Of a stretch of DNA of 64,000 nucleotides, positions 1 through 10,159 are shown piece by piece. Source of the stretch: a bacterium (GTDB lineage Bacteria; Electryoneota; Electryoneia; Electryoneales; Electryoneaceae). Position 1 is the stretch's first letter. Every line of letters begins with the position of its first letter. The position numbers were made by a program, and so were the translations under genes. The notes beneath the pieces were generated by a model. That model did no database searches. It was not told where the DNA came from and saw only the letters and a program-made list of their open reading frames with translations. The stretch is from the NCBI GenBank assembly GCA_963669175.1, contig OY769902.1, positions 3,488,001-3,552,000 on the forward strand. The letters are read 5' to 3'.

Positions 1-63
1 GTTTAACGTGATCTTTATAGTCTGGCGTTTTGGCATACAGAAGTAACACCCGGGAGATGTGTC

Positions 64-1800
64 ATGACTGTTTCAATCGTCATTTTGACCGCTGTTCTCT
101 ATATCCTTGCTTACAACACGTACGGACGCTACCTGGGACGCAAGATATTTAACCTCAGCATGAGCAGTGAAACCCCTGCGCATACGTTAAACGATGACCG
201 TGATTATGTGCCGACCAAACGGTTCATTCTTTTCGGTCATCACTACACATCTATCGCAGGCACCGGCCCAATTGTCGGTCCGGCCATCGCTGTGATCTGG
301 GGTTGGCTGCCTGCTTTACTCTGGATTCTGATAGGCTCGATATTCATGGGCGCAGTGCATGATTTCGGGACATTGATCCTGTCCGCACGAAACGAAGGCA
401 AAAGCGTCGGTGAAATTTCCGGGATGTTTCTTGGCACCAAAACAAGAATCCTCTTCCTGCTGGTGATCTTCATTACACTCCTGATAATCGTAGCGATTTT
501 CGGTTTGGTGATCGTTTCCATTTTCGAGATCTACCCTCAATCGGTGATTCCAGTCTGGCTGCAGATTCCAATTGCGGTGGCGCTTGGCTACTATTTTCGC
601 AGAGCGGGATCGAACAGGACAGTTGCTTCGATTATTGCCGTTGTGCTTATGTACCTTGCGATTATTCTCGGGGCTTATGTTCCTGTAACTATGCCGCCTT
701 TAGGCCCAATCCCGTCACTCATTCCATGGCTGGTCATACTTTACATTTACGCCTACACAGCTTCCATTCTTCCTGTCTGGAAACTCCTGCAACCTCGTGA
801 CTACCTGAACAGCATACAGTTGATCGTGGCCATGGGGCTCATGTTCCTGGCAATCCTGTTTGTACATCCGGAAATGAGCGCTCCGGCGGTTGTGGCTTCG
901 CCTTCCGGCGCACCACCTATTTTTCCATTCCTCTTCATCACTATAGCCTGCGGGGCCATCAGCGGCTTTCACAGTCTTGTCGGTTCGGGTACCTCTTCCA
1001 AGCAACTGGACACGGAACCGGATTCAAAAGCGATCGGGTATGGCGGCATGCTGCTCGAAGGTGTTCTGGCTATGCTGGTTGTTGTATCCGCTACGGCTGG
1101 TCTGGGCATGCACTACGAGACAGGATGGTTTTTCCCGAATGCGCCTGCGGAAGTGCTGACAGGTCATGAAGCGTTTGCCCGTCATTACGCTTCCTGGGGC
1201 GCTGCTCAGGGACTAGGTGTCAAAATCGGCGCCTTTGTGCATGGAGCGGCCAATATCCTTGAAGGCATGGGAATTCCGGTGAATATCTCCATGGCGTTGA
1301 TGGGAATGTTTGTCGCCTCATTCGCCGGGACAACGCTCGACACAGCCTCTCGTATCCAGCGTTACATCGTATCCGAGCTGGCTACGACAGCCCATTTCAA
1401 ACCATTGCAGGGGCCAAAAGCAGCGACCGGGTTTGCTGTCATTTCTGCAGCAGTCCTCGCTTTCGCCCCGATAAAAGATGCCGCCGGGAATTGGGTTTTC
1501 GGTAAAGGTGGCCTGATTCTATGGCCGTTATTCGGAACATCCAACCAGCTCCTTGCTGCGTTATCATTGGCTGTAATCACTGTCTACCTGGTACGCAGGA
1601 AGATCAACCGCTGGGTCACCCTTATCCCCATGCTGATCATGTTTGTCGTTTCAACCTATGCAATTGTATTGAACCTTCATACATACTTCACGACACACCA
1701 GTATCATCTTCTTATCATTGGGTTGGTATTGCTTGTTGTGGATTTTCTTGTTGTGGGAGTCGCGTTTCGGACATTCCTGCCGCAAAAATCAAACGATTAA
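64..1800 (+). CDS. cstA: Carbon starvation protein A (peptide/pyruvate transporter)
   Basis: Multi-TM protein with CstA motifs TPAH..DYVPT, HHYTSIAGTGPIVGP, LPVWKLLQPRDY, ITIACGAISGFH, LWPLFGTSNQLLA. Confidence 0.95.
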   Translation: MTVSIVILTAVLYILAYNTYGRYLGRKIFNLSMSSETPAHTLNDDRDYVPTKRFILFGHHYTSIAGTGPIVGPAIAVIWGWLPALLWILIGSIFMGAVHDFGTLILSARNEGKSVGEISGMFLGTKTRILFLLVIFITLLIIVAIFGLVIVSIFEIYPQSVIPVWLQIPIAVALGYYFRRAGSNRTVASIIAVVLMYLAIILGAYVPVTMPPLGPIPSLIPWLVILYIYAYTASILPVWKLLQPRDYLNSIQLIVAMGLMFLAILFVHPEMSAPAVVASPSGAPPIFPFLFITIACGAISGFHSLVGSGTSSKQLDTEPDSKAIGYGGMLLEGVLAMLVVVSATAGLGMHYETGWFFPNAPAEVLTGHEAFARHYASWGAAQGLGVKIGAFVHGAANILEGMGIPVNISMALMGMFVASFAGTTLDTASRIQRYIVSELATTAHFKPLQGPKAATGFAVISAAVLAFAPIKDAAGNWVFGKGGLILWPLFGTSNQLLAALSLAVITVYLVRRKINRWVTLIPMLIMFVVSTYAIVLNLHTYFTTHQYHLLIIGLVLLVVDFLVVGVAFRTFLPQKSND

Positions 1801-1891
1801 ACCTATGCTCACAGCTTGACCGGGTACAGGATTAGATTCTACCTTCAGGTGCAGAATCGCCGCTTCCCCGCGCGCGAAAACAGGACAGTCC

Positions 1892-3922
1892 ATGACTACA
1901 GCCGAAGAATCAAGACGATCTGAGAAACGCCGTGATGCACGACAGAAGTTCCGCCTGCGGGACCATCCTGCAATCATCCTGTTCCTGGTAGCTCTTGCCG
2001 TGCGTCTGGTTTACCTGGGCACATTGGCGGCGCGTCCCGGGTTTAACATTCCTATTGTTGATGAAATCGCCTATGACCGCATGGCGCGTTTCTTCATGAC
2101 TGTACTGGACCTTGAGCCCGGCCCGTTGTTCCGTCCCCCCTTCTGGCCTGCCATCCTTGGCCTCAGTTACATGATGTTCGGCTCGGCATTTGGCATCGCG
2201 CGTATTGTAAATGTCGTGCTTGGCGCTTTATCTGTTGCAGCGGCCTATCGTGTCGGTACAAAAATCGTTGATAAAAAGGTCGCTTTCATCGGTGGACTTA
2301 TCCTGTGTGTATACGGTTTCTTCGTTCACATTAACGCGACCGGGCTTGCAACATCATTGCTGATTTACCTGGTCATGGAAGCGATGAACCTGACCTTACG
2401 CACTCGCAGGAGTGGTTACTGGGGAAGCGCGTTGTTTGCGGGTTTCCTGTGGGGATTGGCAGCGATCACACGCCCCATCGCATTGATTCCTGTTGTCATT
2501 CTGCTGATTGACCTGGCGCTCAGAAAAGTCTTCCCGGTAAAGAAAAAGTATATCCACATTGTAATCCTGGTTTTGGGACTCTTCATAGCAATTACGCCTG
2601 TTACAGTTCGTAACATGCTTCACGGTGATACTGCCCTGATCTGCACCAATGGTGGCATCAACTTTTACCTTGGCAATAACCCGGTCGCAACCGGTTTCAC
2701 AGCTTTCCATCCCGCGCTTGGCGTGTTCTGGACACCAGAAACAGCTCATGTCTGGGCGGAAAACATGGCCGGGAAACGTATGAACCCGACCGATGTATCG
2801 AGCTTCTATGCACGTGAAGGTTTGTTGTACCTGATCAATAATCCCATGGATGCACTTGGTCTGTGGGGACGGAAAACTGTCCTGCTCTTGTCCGGACAGG
2901 AGATATCCAATAATGGCGACCTGGATTTCATGGCCAATGATAATCCATTGTTGAAAATACTCCTGATGCTCGGGTATGGTGTTCTGCTCCCCTTCGCACT
3001 GGCCGGAATGGTTCTGTTGTGGATGCGAGGTCCGGAACAACGCCTGACCATCCTGATCGCTTTGTCGCTGTTGTTTATCAATATCCTGTTCTTCGTTAGC
3101 GCACGCTACCGTTTACCCGCTATTCCCTTCTTTGCCCTGTTCGCCGCTGCGGCTGGATCGTACCTGCTTCGCGCTGACTGGAAAACGCAGGGACGTGAAG
3201 TTCTCCTGGTTGGAGCATGTATTGTAGTTCTGGGATTACCGGTAAACCTGAATCTTGGCGGCCTGCCAACCGGTGGCAACCCCGCTTACGGATGGTTTAT
3301 TCGTGGGCAGGTGCTGGCGCGTGAAGATAATCCCCTGGAAGCGGAAAAGGCATTCCTGAACGCACTGGAATACAATCCCAGAACGCCACTGGCCAACTAT
3401 TATGTTGGTGAAATACGTCTGAAACATGGCGATGCGGAGAAAGCCGTTACGTACTTCCAGCAGGAATTGGCGAACGGTCCAAGCAAAATGGCTTCCAAGA
3501 GGCTGGGTCTGGCCTATCGTCAGCTCGGAAAACGAAAACAGGCAGAAGAGGCTTTCCGGGACGCCCTGTCAATCGATCCGGAAGACGCTGAAATCCGAAC
3601 GATGTTGGCCCAGGAAATCGGTGAACAGGGTATTTCAGCGGCGGACAGCCAGGAATGGGAAAAAGCGCTGAAGTTGTTTGAACAGGCGATGCAGATTGAC
3701 CCGAATAATCCCTTCTTCGCCTTCGGTATTGCCAGCTCGCAATACATGATGGGCGATACCACGCTTGCCGGAAATATGATGAAAGCCCTGTACTCGGCCT
3801 CGCCAGGTTTTCCGCCTGCACAGGAATGGGCTAACGGATGGCGTCCGGACCAGGAAGAATCCGGTCCGAAATTGTTTGTTCCCGAAGCCAGACAACCGGC
3901 AGGCGCTGCTTCGCTGGAATAG
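1892..3922 (+). CDS. GT-C fold membrane glycosyltransferase (ArnT/PMT-like, GT39/83) with C-terminal TPR repeats
   Basis: DE motif in first loop (IVDEIAYD), RPP motif, NGGINFYLGNNP, ARYRLP, about 11 TM segments, then TPR repeats (AEKAFLNALEYNP, AEEAFRDALSIDP). Confidence 0.8.
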   Translation: MTTAEESRRSEKRRDARQKFRLRDHPAIILFLVALAVRLVYLGTLAARPGFNIPIVDEIAYDRMARFFMTVLDLEPGPLFRPPFWPAILGLSYMMFGSAFGIARIVNVVLGALSVAAAYRVGTKIVDKKVAFIGGLILCVYGFFVHINATGLATSLLIYLVMEAMNLTLRTRRSGYWGSALFAGFLWGLAAITRPIALIPVVILLIDLALRKVFPVKKKYIHIVILVLGLFIAITPVTVRNMLHGDTALICTNGGINFYLGNNPVATGFTAFHPALGVFWTPETAHVWAENMAGKRMNPTDVSSFYAREGLLYLINNPMDALGLWGRKTVLLLSGQEISNNGDLDFMANDNPLLKILLMLGYGVLLPFALAGMVLLWMRGPEQRLTILIALSLLFINILFFVSARYRLPAIPFFALFAAAAGSYLLRADWKTQGREVLLVGACIVVLGLPVNLNLGGLPTGGNPAYGWFIRGQVLAREDNPLEAEKAFLNALEYNPRTPLANYYVGEIRLKHGDAEKAVTYFQQELANGPSKMASKRLGLAYRQLGKRKQAEEAFRDALSIDPEDAEIRTMLAQEIGEQGISAADSQEWEKALKLFEQAMQIDPNNPFFAFGIASSQYMMGDTTLAGNMMKALYSASPGFPPAQEWANGWRPDQEESGPKLFVPEARQPAGAASLE

Positions 3923-3942
3923 TAATGGTTTCGTTACGAATG

Positions 3943-4335
3943 TTATGGTAGTGATCGGTTATAGACTGCTTTAATCAGCAACCACCCAATAAGACAACCG
4001 ATGACATAATGCGGGAAATCCAACCAGACGAACGTGGTACCTATCAGTGTAGCCCCGATAAACGTGGCCCTGAACGCTTCCAGAAATGGTGGATGCCAGA
4101 GTTGAAGTATCTCCAGCAGACATGTCCCAGCCAGAACAAACAGCGGAATCAGCAGCAGGTTTCTTCGTGAAGGAAAAAGAAGAAAGAACAGGACTATAAA
4201 AAACACCTCATAAAGCACTCCAGCGCCATAATCGGCGAACCAGGAATGCACACTCCCCAGGACCAGCTTGGAAGTAAAACCGGCGAAAGTGGTCACAAGC
4301 AGTAAACCGGCCAATATCAATCTCAGCCTTGCCAT
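3943..4335 (-). CDS. DUF2809-like membrane protein
   Basis: Small 4-TM protein with DYGAGVLY and LEILQLWHPPFL..R.T.IG..LIGTTF.W.D pattern. Confidence 0.75.
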   Translation of the reverse strand: MARLRLILAGLLLVTTFAGFTSKLVLGSVHSWFADYGAGVLYEVFFIVLFFLLFPSRRNLLLIPLFVLAGTCLLEILQLWHPPFLEAFRATFIGATLIGTTFVWLDFPHYVIGCLIGWLLIKAVYNRSLP

Positions 4336-4348
4336 GCAAGCACTCCCG

Positions 4349-5008
4349 CTATCGGCATAAGCATATGGCCTCTATTCGTTTCCAACCACTCTTCCTTGCT
4401 TCGGACGCAAGTCGCTTGATTGTTGTTCCTGTATGAACAACATCATCCACGATATAGACTGTCCGGTGAGGATGTTCACAGACCGCAAAAGCAAATGTAT
4501 CCTTCAATGCTTTTCGACGTTCTTCATCACTGAGAACAGATTGATGCACACCCTTTTTCAGACGTTTTGCCAGTTCAGGCATACAAGGCAATCCGGTTGC
4601 ACGGGACAGCGATGTTGCCAGTTCGGCCGCAGGATTAAATCCACGATCGCGCCTTCGTGTCGGATGATCAGGAACCGGTACAAGGATGCCCGGCCGTGAT
4701 TCGAAGTGCATCTTTTGTAATCGTTTAACCAGAAAGAAACCAAGAGATTCAGCCAGAATCGGCGTTTCGGCAAACTTGAAGGCATGGATAATCTGACGTA
4801 AACGGTCATCGTAGCGAAAACCAACCCAGATGTGATCAACATTGCTGATTTCCGGTACTTCGCCTGCTGTTGTAAGGCTGTTCCAGCATTGATTACAGAC
4901 ATTCCCCTCATCAACTTCCATATCGCTTTCACATACCAGGCAGGTTCGTGGCCAGATCGTATCTGCCACCATATCCCAGGCAATGTGAAGCGGATGAGTC
5001 ATTATCAC
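4349..5008 (-). CDS. comF: ComF family amidophosphoribosyltransferase-like protein
   Basis: N-terminal CxxC..CxxC ribbon, LVPVP, RGFN, PRPP-binding IVDDVVHTGTT. Confidence 0.9.
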   Translation of the reverse strand: MIMTHPLHIAWDMVADTIWPRTCLVCESDMEVDEGNVCNQCWNSLTTAGEVPEISNVDHIWVGFRYDDRLRQIIHAFKFAETPILAESLGFFLVKRLQKMHFESRPGILVPVPDHPTRRRDRGFNPAAELATSLSRATGLPCMPELAKRLKKGVHQSVLSDEERRKALKDTFAFAVCEHPHRTVYIVDDVVHTGTTIKRLASEARKSGWKRIEAICLCR

Positions 5009-6906
5009 CCCTCTGTTATACAGCGCTGATCGTCAACACGTTCGGTCAGTCCTTGTGCGTCAAAGTATTCCAACAATGGAATCATATACTTGCGTGTACT
5101 TTCAAGCTTTTCTGCCGCCTGTCCAACCGTGAATAATTCGCCTGGTTTGAAATTCTCGAGCAGTTTCTCTTTTGCCAGCGCAACCGCTTCAATCGAAACA
5201 ACCACTCGTTCATCCAGGATAATCACTTTTCCCATCAGTTTCAGGGCCCGCAGCAATCGCCGGACTTCTTCCGTTTTCATCCCCAACGATTCCGCGATGG
5301 TTGCCTGCAATGGCGCATTTATCCCAGCATCCCGTACAACGACAAGAATTTTCTCGGCCGGTTCTTCGTCTGCTTTACGCAAGTGAACCACATGACTGCT
5401 CATGCCAAGCGCCCCATCAGCGAACCTGTAGTCGCCGGAAGACTCCAGTTCACGAAGCAATCCGGATGTAATTTCATCCGGCAGCGTCATTCCCGTAACT
5501 TCCTCCAGCCATGCAGCCTTGGTCATTCCCGATTCTTCCGGGAAACGATTGTGATAAGCTTCAAGTATTTCTTTAGTATTGCCAACCCAATTCATCCATA
5601 TATTGCTTATTACATACACATTATCGACAGCCTCAATTCGTAGTATCTGACCTGCATTGATGTTATTCTGTAATGCTGATTGTATGCGTTCCATGCGCCA
5701 GGGCAATAGTCTTACAATCGTCTTTTCAGTCATCCAGATGCGTGATTGAATCAACCCACACACCACATCGGCATCAGTTCCGGCCAGTAGCGATATTCTA
5801 TTTTCAAGATGTGCCTGGTTACGTTTTTTGTCCGGTGGTTGGGGATCAAGTACACGCACCCCCCCCAGTGTCTCAACCGGTGAATAGAGACGCAGCACCC
5901 CACGGTCGCCAAGCATGCACGGGATAGACGATTCAAGATCAATACGCGCGAAGCCTTTCTCGCCTGATTCGATCTGATCCGTACCAACCAGTAGTACTCT
6001 ACCGATTGATTCAGCCGTTCCCAGGTGCAGACGTACACGCATGCGATGTTTTACCGGGCGCGCATTGGGCAATAACGATATCTGGATATCCAGGAACGAT
6101 TCCGCGGTTCCACGTCCTTCAACCGTAAGCTGATCGCCACGTTCCGGCTCACCGTCACCGGAAAGGTTCAGCGCGGCACGATCACCGGTACGAACCTGAT
6201 CCACTGCTGTTTCATGCGCCTGCATCCCTCGCACACGGAAATCTTTTCCATCAGGGAGCAATACCAGCTTCTTCCCTGCCTCAATAGCGCCACTCCAGAC
6301 AGTGCCGGTAACGACCCGCCCATGCCCTTTTATCAGGAAACTCCGGTCTACCGGCATCCGGAAAAAGCCGGGATCTTCCCATCCAGTCGTAGAATCAATC
6401 AGTGCGTCCAGCGAGCCCTTCAGCTCATCGATTCCACGTCCGCTGATACTGTCAACAACATGCACCGGTGAGCCATGCAAACTGGTCGGCTCAAGCAGTT
6501 CCTTCACTTCTTCTTCAACCAACGCGGCCCATTCTTCATCGACAAGATCAGCTTTGGTAACAGCCACAATCCCTTTTTCCACGCCCATGGCATCCAGAAC
6601 AGCAAGATGCTCACGAGTTTGCGGCATTACCCCATCATCCGCGGCAACAACCAGCAACGCTGCACGCATGGCCGAAGCGCCGGCAATCATGGTTTTTACC
6701 AGCCGCTCGTGACCCGGCACATCGACAAATGCAGCACGGTCGCTGTAAAACGCGAAGCCAAGTTCAATCGTTATACCACGCTGTTTTTCTTCCTTCAACT
6801 TGTCTGTATCAGTTCCGGTGAGCGCTTTTACCAGGGTGGTCTTGCCATGATCGATATGGCCCGCAGTGCCAATGACTACATGAGGCGGTCGCTGCTGTTC
6901 AAACAT
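5005..6906 (-). CDS. selB: Selenocysteine-specific translation elongation factor
   Basis: [27 protein letters not shown]-terminal winged-helix [14 protein letters not shown]. Confidence 0.97.
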   Translation of the reverse strand: MFEQQRPPHVVIGTAGHIDHGKTTLVKALTGTDTDKLKEEKQRGITIELGFAFYSDRAAFVDVPGHERLVKTMIAGASAMRAALLVVAADDGVMPQTREHLAVLDAMGVEKGIVAVTKADLVDEEWAALVEEEVKELLEPTSLHGSPVHVVDSISGRGIDELKGSLDALIDSTTGWEDPGFFRMPVDRSFLIKGHGRVVTGTVWSGAIEAGKKLVLLPDGKDFRVRGMQAHETAVDQVRTGDRAALNLSGDGEPERGDQLTVEGRGTAESFLDIQISLLPNARPVKHRMRVRLHLGTAESIGRVLLVGTDQIESGEKGFARIDLESSIPCMLGDRGVLRLYSPVETLGGVRVLDPQPPDKKRNQAHLENRISLLAGTDADVVCGLIQSRIWMTEKTIVRLLPWRMERIQSALQNNINAGQILRIEAVDNVYVISNIWMNWVGNTKEILEAYHNRFPEESGMTKAAWLEEVTGMTLPDEITSGLLRELESSGDYRFADGALGMSSHVVHLRKADEEPAEKILVVVRDAGINAPLQATIAESLGMKTEEVRRLLRALKLMGKVIILDERVVVSIEAVALAKEKLLENFKPGELFTVGQAAEKLESTRKYMIPLLEYFDAQGLTERVDDQRCITEG

Positions 6907-6994
6907 GATCTACCTTGTCGTAGCTGTAAAGAGGTTCGTGTGGATAAACGATACGAGCTGATCCTGAATGGATGCAACTACTGAACGGGCAAGA

Positions 6995-8095
6995 TTATCC
7001 GATTCTCAAGAGGTCATATCGTTTGAAGATCAGGAGTAATCTGTAGGTTATCCACGAACTTGGCTTGCCTTTTTGCTCAATACGGCCCCACATCTTGCCA
7101 TTCAGGCTGTTCTGCATCGTCCACATGCCATCGCTGCCGCGTTGTCTCAGCAGAAGATCCAGCCCTTCATCGATGACGCTATCCCTTTCTGATGAAGCTT
7201 CTGACAACATCAGCATCACTTCCAGCGCATCAGAATTATATCCCAACGGGAAACCGAATTTCAGCCAACCGATCTTGGCTTCCCGTTCTGCATGTCTACC
7301 CTCACTCACCCACTGCATTTTGAGGTCACGCCTTTGCGCAGGCGTCGCTCCTTCTATGGCTTCCTTCCAGGCTTTTCGCTCAATTGGAACGTACTTGCAA
7401 AGCTGATATCGTTTCAGATGGTCGCACAACAGCTTGATCATTGCGCTATCGGCATCCGTTCTTTCTTCTACCGGAATAGCCAGCCACGCTTTTACCACTT
7501 TCGGCGTCGCCATGAAACAGCCCGGCAGCAACGAATGTGACATATACTCACAAGAAAAACCATGTTCGGAATCAAAGAGATGCCGAATCGCGTTAAATCC
7601 GGCACGTGTAATCGGTTGGGAAGCATGCCCGTAACGGCAAAGAGATACCAGGTTTGACGCAATCATGCAAGCAACCGGGCAAGTTCCCCAATAGACACCG
7701 TTACGACACCCTTCAAACCGTTTACCTCGCTGGCCTTTCAGTGTGTTTACCGGTTTTGCGGTTGCAAGCAGATGTTGAATTGCCAGTTTGATGACTGGAT
7801 TATCCTTGGGCAGTCCAAGATCGCCAAGGAATTCCAGCGTCCAATGGGTTCCGGTGTAATGCTTGTCATGCTCGCCCGGCCAGCTTGCCTTCTCGTGGTC
7901 AAATGCCGCCAGCGCATCCAATACAAATGGATGGTAAGAAATGTTTTGACGTGCCGATAAAACATCGGGATCATCTTCGGGATAGTCGAGCAGATCAACC
8001 AGCACCTTTGCCCGCAAGGCAGGATCTGCGGAATCAGCCAGTTTGAAAACCAGCTCTGGTGGCACAGAAAGCAAATAATCCGTAGAGTTTTTCAT
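6995..8095 (-). CDS. Conserved hypothetical protein, probable alpha/alpha-toroid (prenyltransferase/terpene-cyclase-like fold)
   Basis: YTGTHWTL..L.DLG, FGFP..Y.SD.LE, QRGSDGMW (QW-like repeat), E..GKPS.WIT motifs. Confidence 0.55.
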   Translation of the reverse strand: MKNSTDYLLSVPPELVFKLADSADPALRAKVLVDLLDYPEDDPDVLSARQNISYHPFVLDALAAFDHEKASWPGEHDKHYTGTHWTLEFLGDLGLPKDNPVIKLAIQHLLATAKPVNTLKGQRGKRFEGCRNGVYWGTCPVACMIASNLVSLCRYGHASQPITRAGFNAIRHLFDSEHGFSCEYMSHSLLPGCFMATPKVVKAWLAIPVEERTDADSAMIKLLCDHLKRYQLCKYVPIERKAWKEAIEGATPAQRRDLKMQWVSEGRHAEREAKIGWLKFGFPLGYNSDALEVMLMLSEASSERDSVIDEGLDLLLRQRGSDGMWTMQNSLNGKMWGRIEQKGKPSSWITYRLLLIFKRYDLLRIG

Positions 8096-8107
8096 AGGGA
8101 TTCAATC

Positions 8108-8725
8108 TCAGCGCGAGTAGGTTCCCATCAGCTCCGCTTTGCCCAGCACTTTTCCTTCCATCGCACTGACCACATCATCCTTCACCAGTCCTGGTTCGAG
8201 GTTGATCGGTTCACTCAATGCGTAGAGATAGAAGAAATAGCGATGTGGTTTCCCCGGCGGTGGACATGGCCCATCATACCCCAATCGCCCTTCAGGCCAT
8301 GAATTTTTACCGTTTTTTGCCGATCCAAGAACGAGACTGTCTTTCGGCATCCCTTCAGCCAATCCAGCCAGATCAGGCGAGAGATCGTACAGCACCCAGT
8401 GTATCCACAAACCGGCAGGCGCATCCGGATCTTCGCAGATCAACACATAACTCTTCGTTCCTTCAGGCGGGTTCTGCCAGCTCAAAGCAGGTGACACATC
8501 TTCCCCATCACAAAAGGTGTACTTGTCGGGAATACGTTCACCGTACTCGAAAGCGTTGGAAAGCAATGTGAAGCTTGTATCCGCCGCATGGACAGGATAG
8601 GGTTTGTAACCATCAAACACTTTCCAGACCACAAGGAAAAGAACAATTGCCAGCACCATGGAGATAAACCCCGGCCCAAGTCCACGCTTGTAGCCACGAG
8701 GCATCTGTTTGAAAAGTGCCGGCAT
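8108..8725 (-). CDS. YbhB/YbcL family (PEBP/RKIP-like) protein with N-terminal membrane anchor
   Basis: SPALSW, DPDAP, HWVLY, GYDGPCPPPG..HRY motifs. Confidence 0.93.
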   Translation of the reverse strand: MPALFKQMPRGYKRGLGPGFISMVLAIVLFLVVWKVFDGYKPYPVHAADTSFTLLSNAFEYGERIPDKYTFCDGEDVSPALSWQNPPEGTKSYVLICEDPDAPAGLWIHWVLYDLSPDLAGLAEGMPKDSLVLGSAKNGKNSWPEGRLGYDGPCPPPGKPHRYFFYLYALSEPINLEPGLVKDDVVSAMEGKVLGKAELMGTYSR

Positions 8726-8734
8726 GCTTGTCCC

Positions 8735-9760
8735 CTACTCGAAGTCTTTGATCAGGTATTGACGGATACGTTTTTTGTCAATCTGTTCCAGCATCCGCTG
8801 GTTCAGTTCCTGGGCAGCGTTGAAGCCATATACGTTCAAATGAACATTCAGCGCAATAACTTCTGCAACCATGGAGATGTTTTTCCCCGGGAAGATCGGC
8901 AGACGGATCAGCGGAATATCCACACCAAGTACAGTCGTGGTCTCATGATCCAGCCCGATTCTTTCCCAGTCCATGGAATCGTCCCAATCCTGCAAACGGA
9001 TTTCCACTTCCACACGTTTCTGCATACGTATCGCACGAATCCCGAACATGCGGCGCACATCCACCAGCCCGACCCCGCGGATTTCAATCAAGTGACGGAT
9101 CATCTCCGGGCTGCTGCCGATCAGAATGCCTTCCGCCTTCTTGACCACATGCACGACATCATCCGCGACCAGGCGATGCCCACGTTCCACCAGGTCCAGT
9201 GCAATTTCCGATTTCCCGATACCACTGCGACCGGTAAAAAGAATCCCGGTGCCGTACACGTCAACCAGCGAACCATGCGCTGATATGTATGGCGCAAAAC
9301 GGTCATCCAGGTAGGATGAGAGTAGATGCGTCAGGTCCGTTGTGGAAAGGTCGGTTCCAAGAATGGGAATCCGGCTCAGATTTGCCTCGTCAATCATTTC
9401 CGGGACAGCGCTGTTCCCGGTTGTCAGAATGATGCAGGGAATCTCTTTTGCCATCAGGCGCGAAAGAGTACTTGAACGGTCTTCACTGGAAAGATGCTCA
9501 AGGTACGCACATTCCGTATTCCCCAGTATCTGGATTCGAGAACTGTCAAAATGTTCGAAATAATTAACCAGGGCGAGCCCTGGTCGGTGAATCTGGCGTC
9601 CCTTGATCTTGCGATCCAGCCATCCCTCACCGGCCAGGACCTTCAATCCCAGTTTTTCCTCTGTTTCCTCAAGCAACTCACGGACCTCGAGAAACTCGAG
9701 AACCATACCGTGCTTTTTCTGTTCTTCCGTTAGTGGAGTACCCATTGGTTCTGTTTGCAA
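8735..9760 (-). CDS. hprK: HPr(Ser) kinase/phosphorylase
   Basis: RPGLAL, HG.LVDVYG.G, GRSGIGKSE, LVADD, IEIRGVG; exact start (TTG 9760 or ATG 9745) uncertain. Confidence 0.96.
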   Translation of the reverse strand: MQTEPMGTPLTEEQKKHGMVLEFLEVRELLEETEEKLGLKVLAGEGWLDRKIKGRQIHRPGLALVNYFEHFDSSRIQILGNTECAYLEHLSSEDRSSTLSRLMAKEIPCIILTTGNSAVPEMIDEANLSRIPILGTDLSTTDLTHLLSSYLDDRFAPYISAHGSLVDVYGTGILFTGRSGIGKSEIALDLVERGHRLVADDVVHVVKKAEGILIGSSPEMIRHLIEIRGVGLVDVRRMFGIRAIRMQKRVEVEIRLQDWDDSMDWERIGLDHETTTVLGVDIPLIRLPIFPGKNISMVAEVIALNVHLNVYGFNAAQELNQRMLEQIDKKRIRQYLIKDFE

Positions 9761-9762
9761 GC

Positions 9763-10053
9763 CTACCTTTTGGCCTGCAATTTCTCCTTGTATTTCTTCA
9801 ATTGCAGCTCGAGTTTATCCAGGGCTGCATCCAATGAAATCTCAAACTTGTCAGCGATCTCACTTGCCACCAGGGTCTGCCCATAAACACCCACCTTAAC
9901 CGTCGCTTCCTTTCTGTTCAACTTGCCTTCATAGGTTACCTCAACATCAACGATGCGGTCATAGAATTTTTCCAGCCTCGGTACTGCCTTTTCCGTGTAT
10001 TCCCTGAGTTCGTCGCGAAGGTTAAAATGGCGAGCTTCGATTATAACCTGCAT
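9763..10053 (-). CDS. hpf: Ribosome hibernation promoting factor (short HPF/RaiA)
   Basis: MQVIIEARHF..LREY..K, SLDAALDKLELQLKKYKEK; strong GGAGG RBS. Confidence 0.92.
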   Translation of the reverse strand: MQVIIEARHFNLRDELREYTEKAVPRLEKFYDRIVDVEVTYEGKLNRKEATVKVGVYGQTLVASEIADKFEISLDAALDKLELQLKKYKEKLQAKR

Positions 10054-10159
10054 GGTGGCCTCCTGCTTGGTGAAACCTGTAAGGCCCTGTTCATGGCCTT
10101 TTCGTGTGTCACGATGCTTTTTGGTAATGGGTTCCTTGGTTCCTCCTTCCTCGGAAGCG

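Noticed and set aside
3943-8725. Selenoproteins or tRNA-Sec near selB
   Set aside because: I noticed no in-frame TGA at a conserved Cys position and no tRNA-like cloverleaf; selA, selC and selD are not in the window.
10054-10159. raiA-motif RNA upstream of hpf
   Set aside because: Only about 105 nt with one small hairpin (AAGGCC..GGCCTT); too short, and I cannot match it to the known motif by eye.
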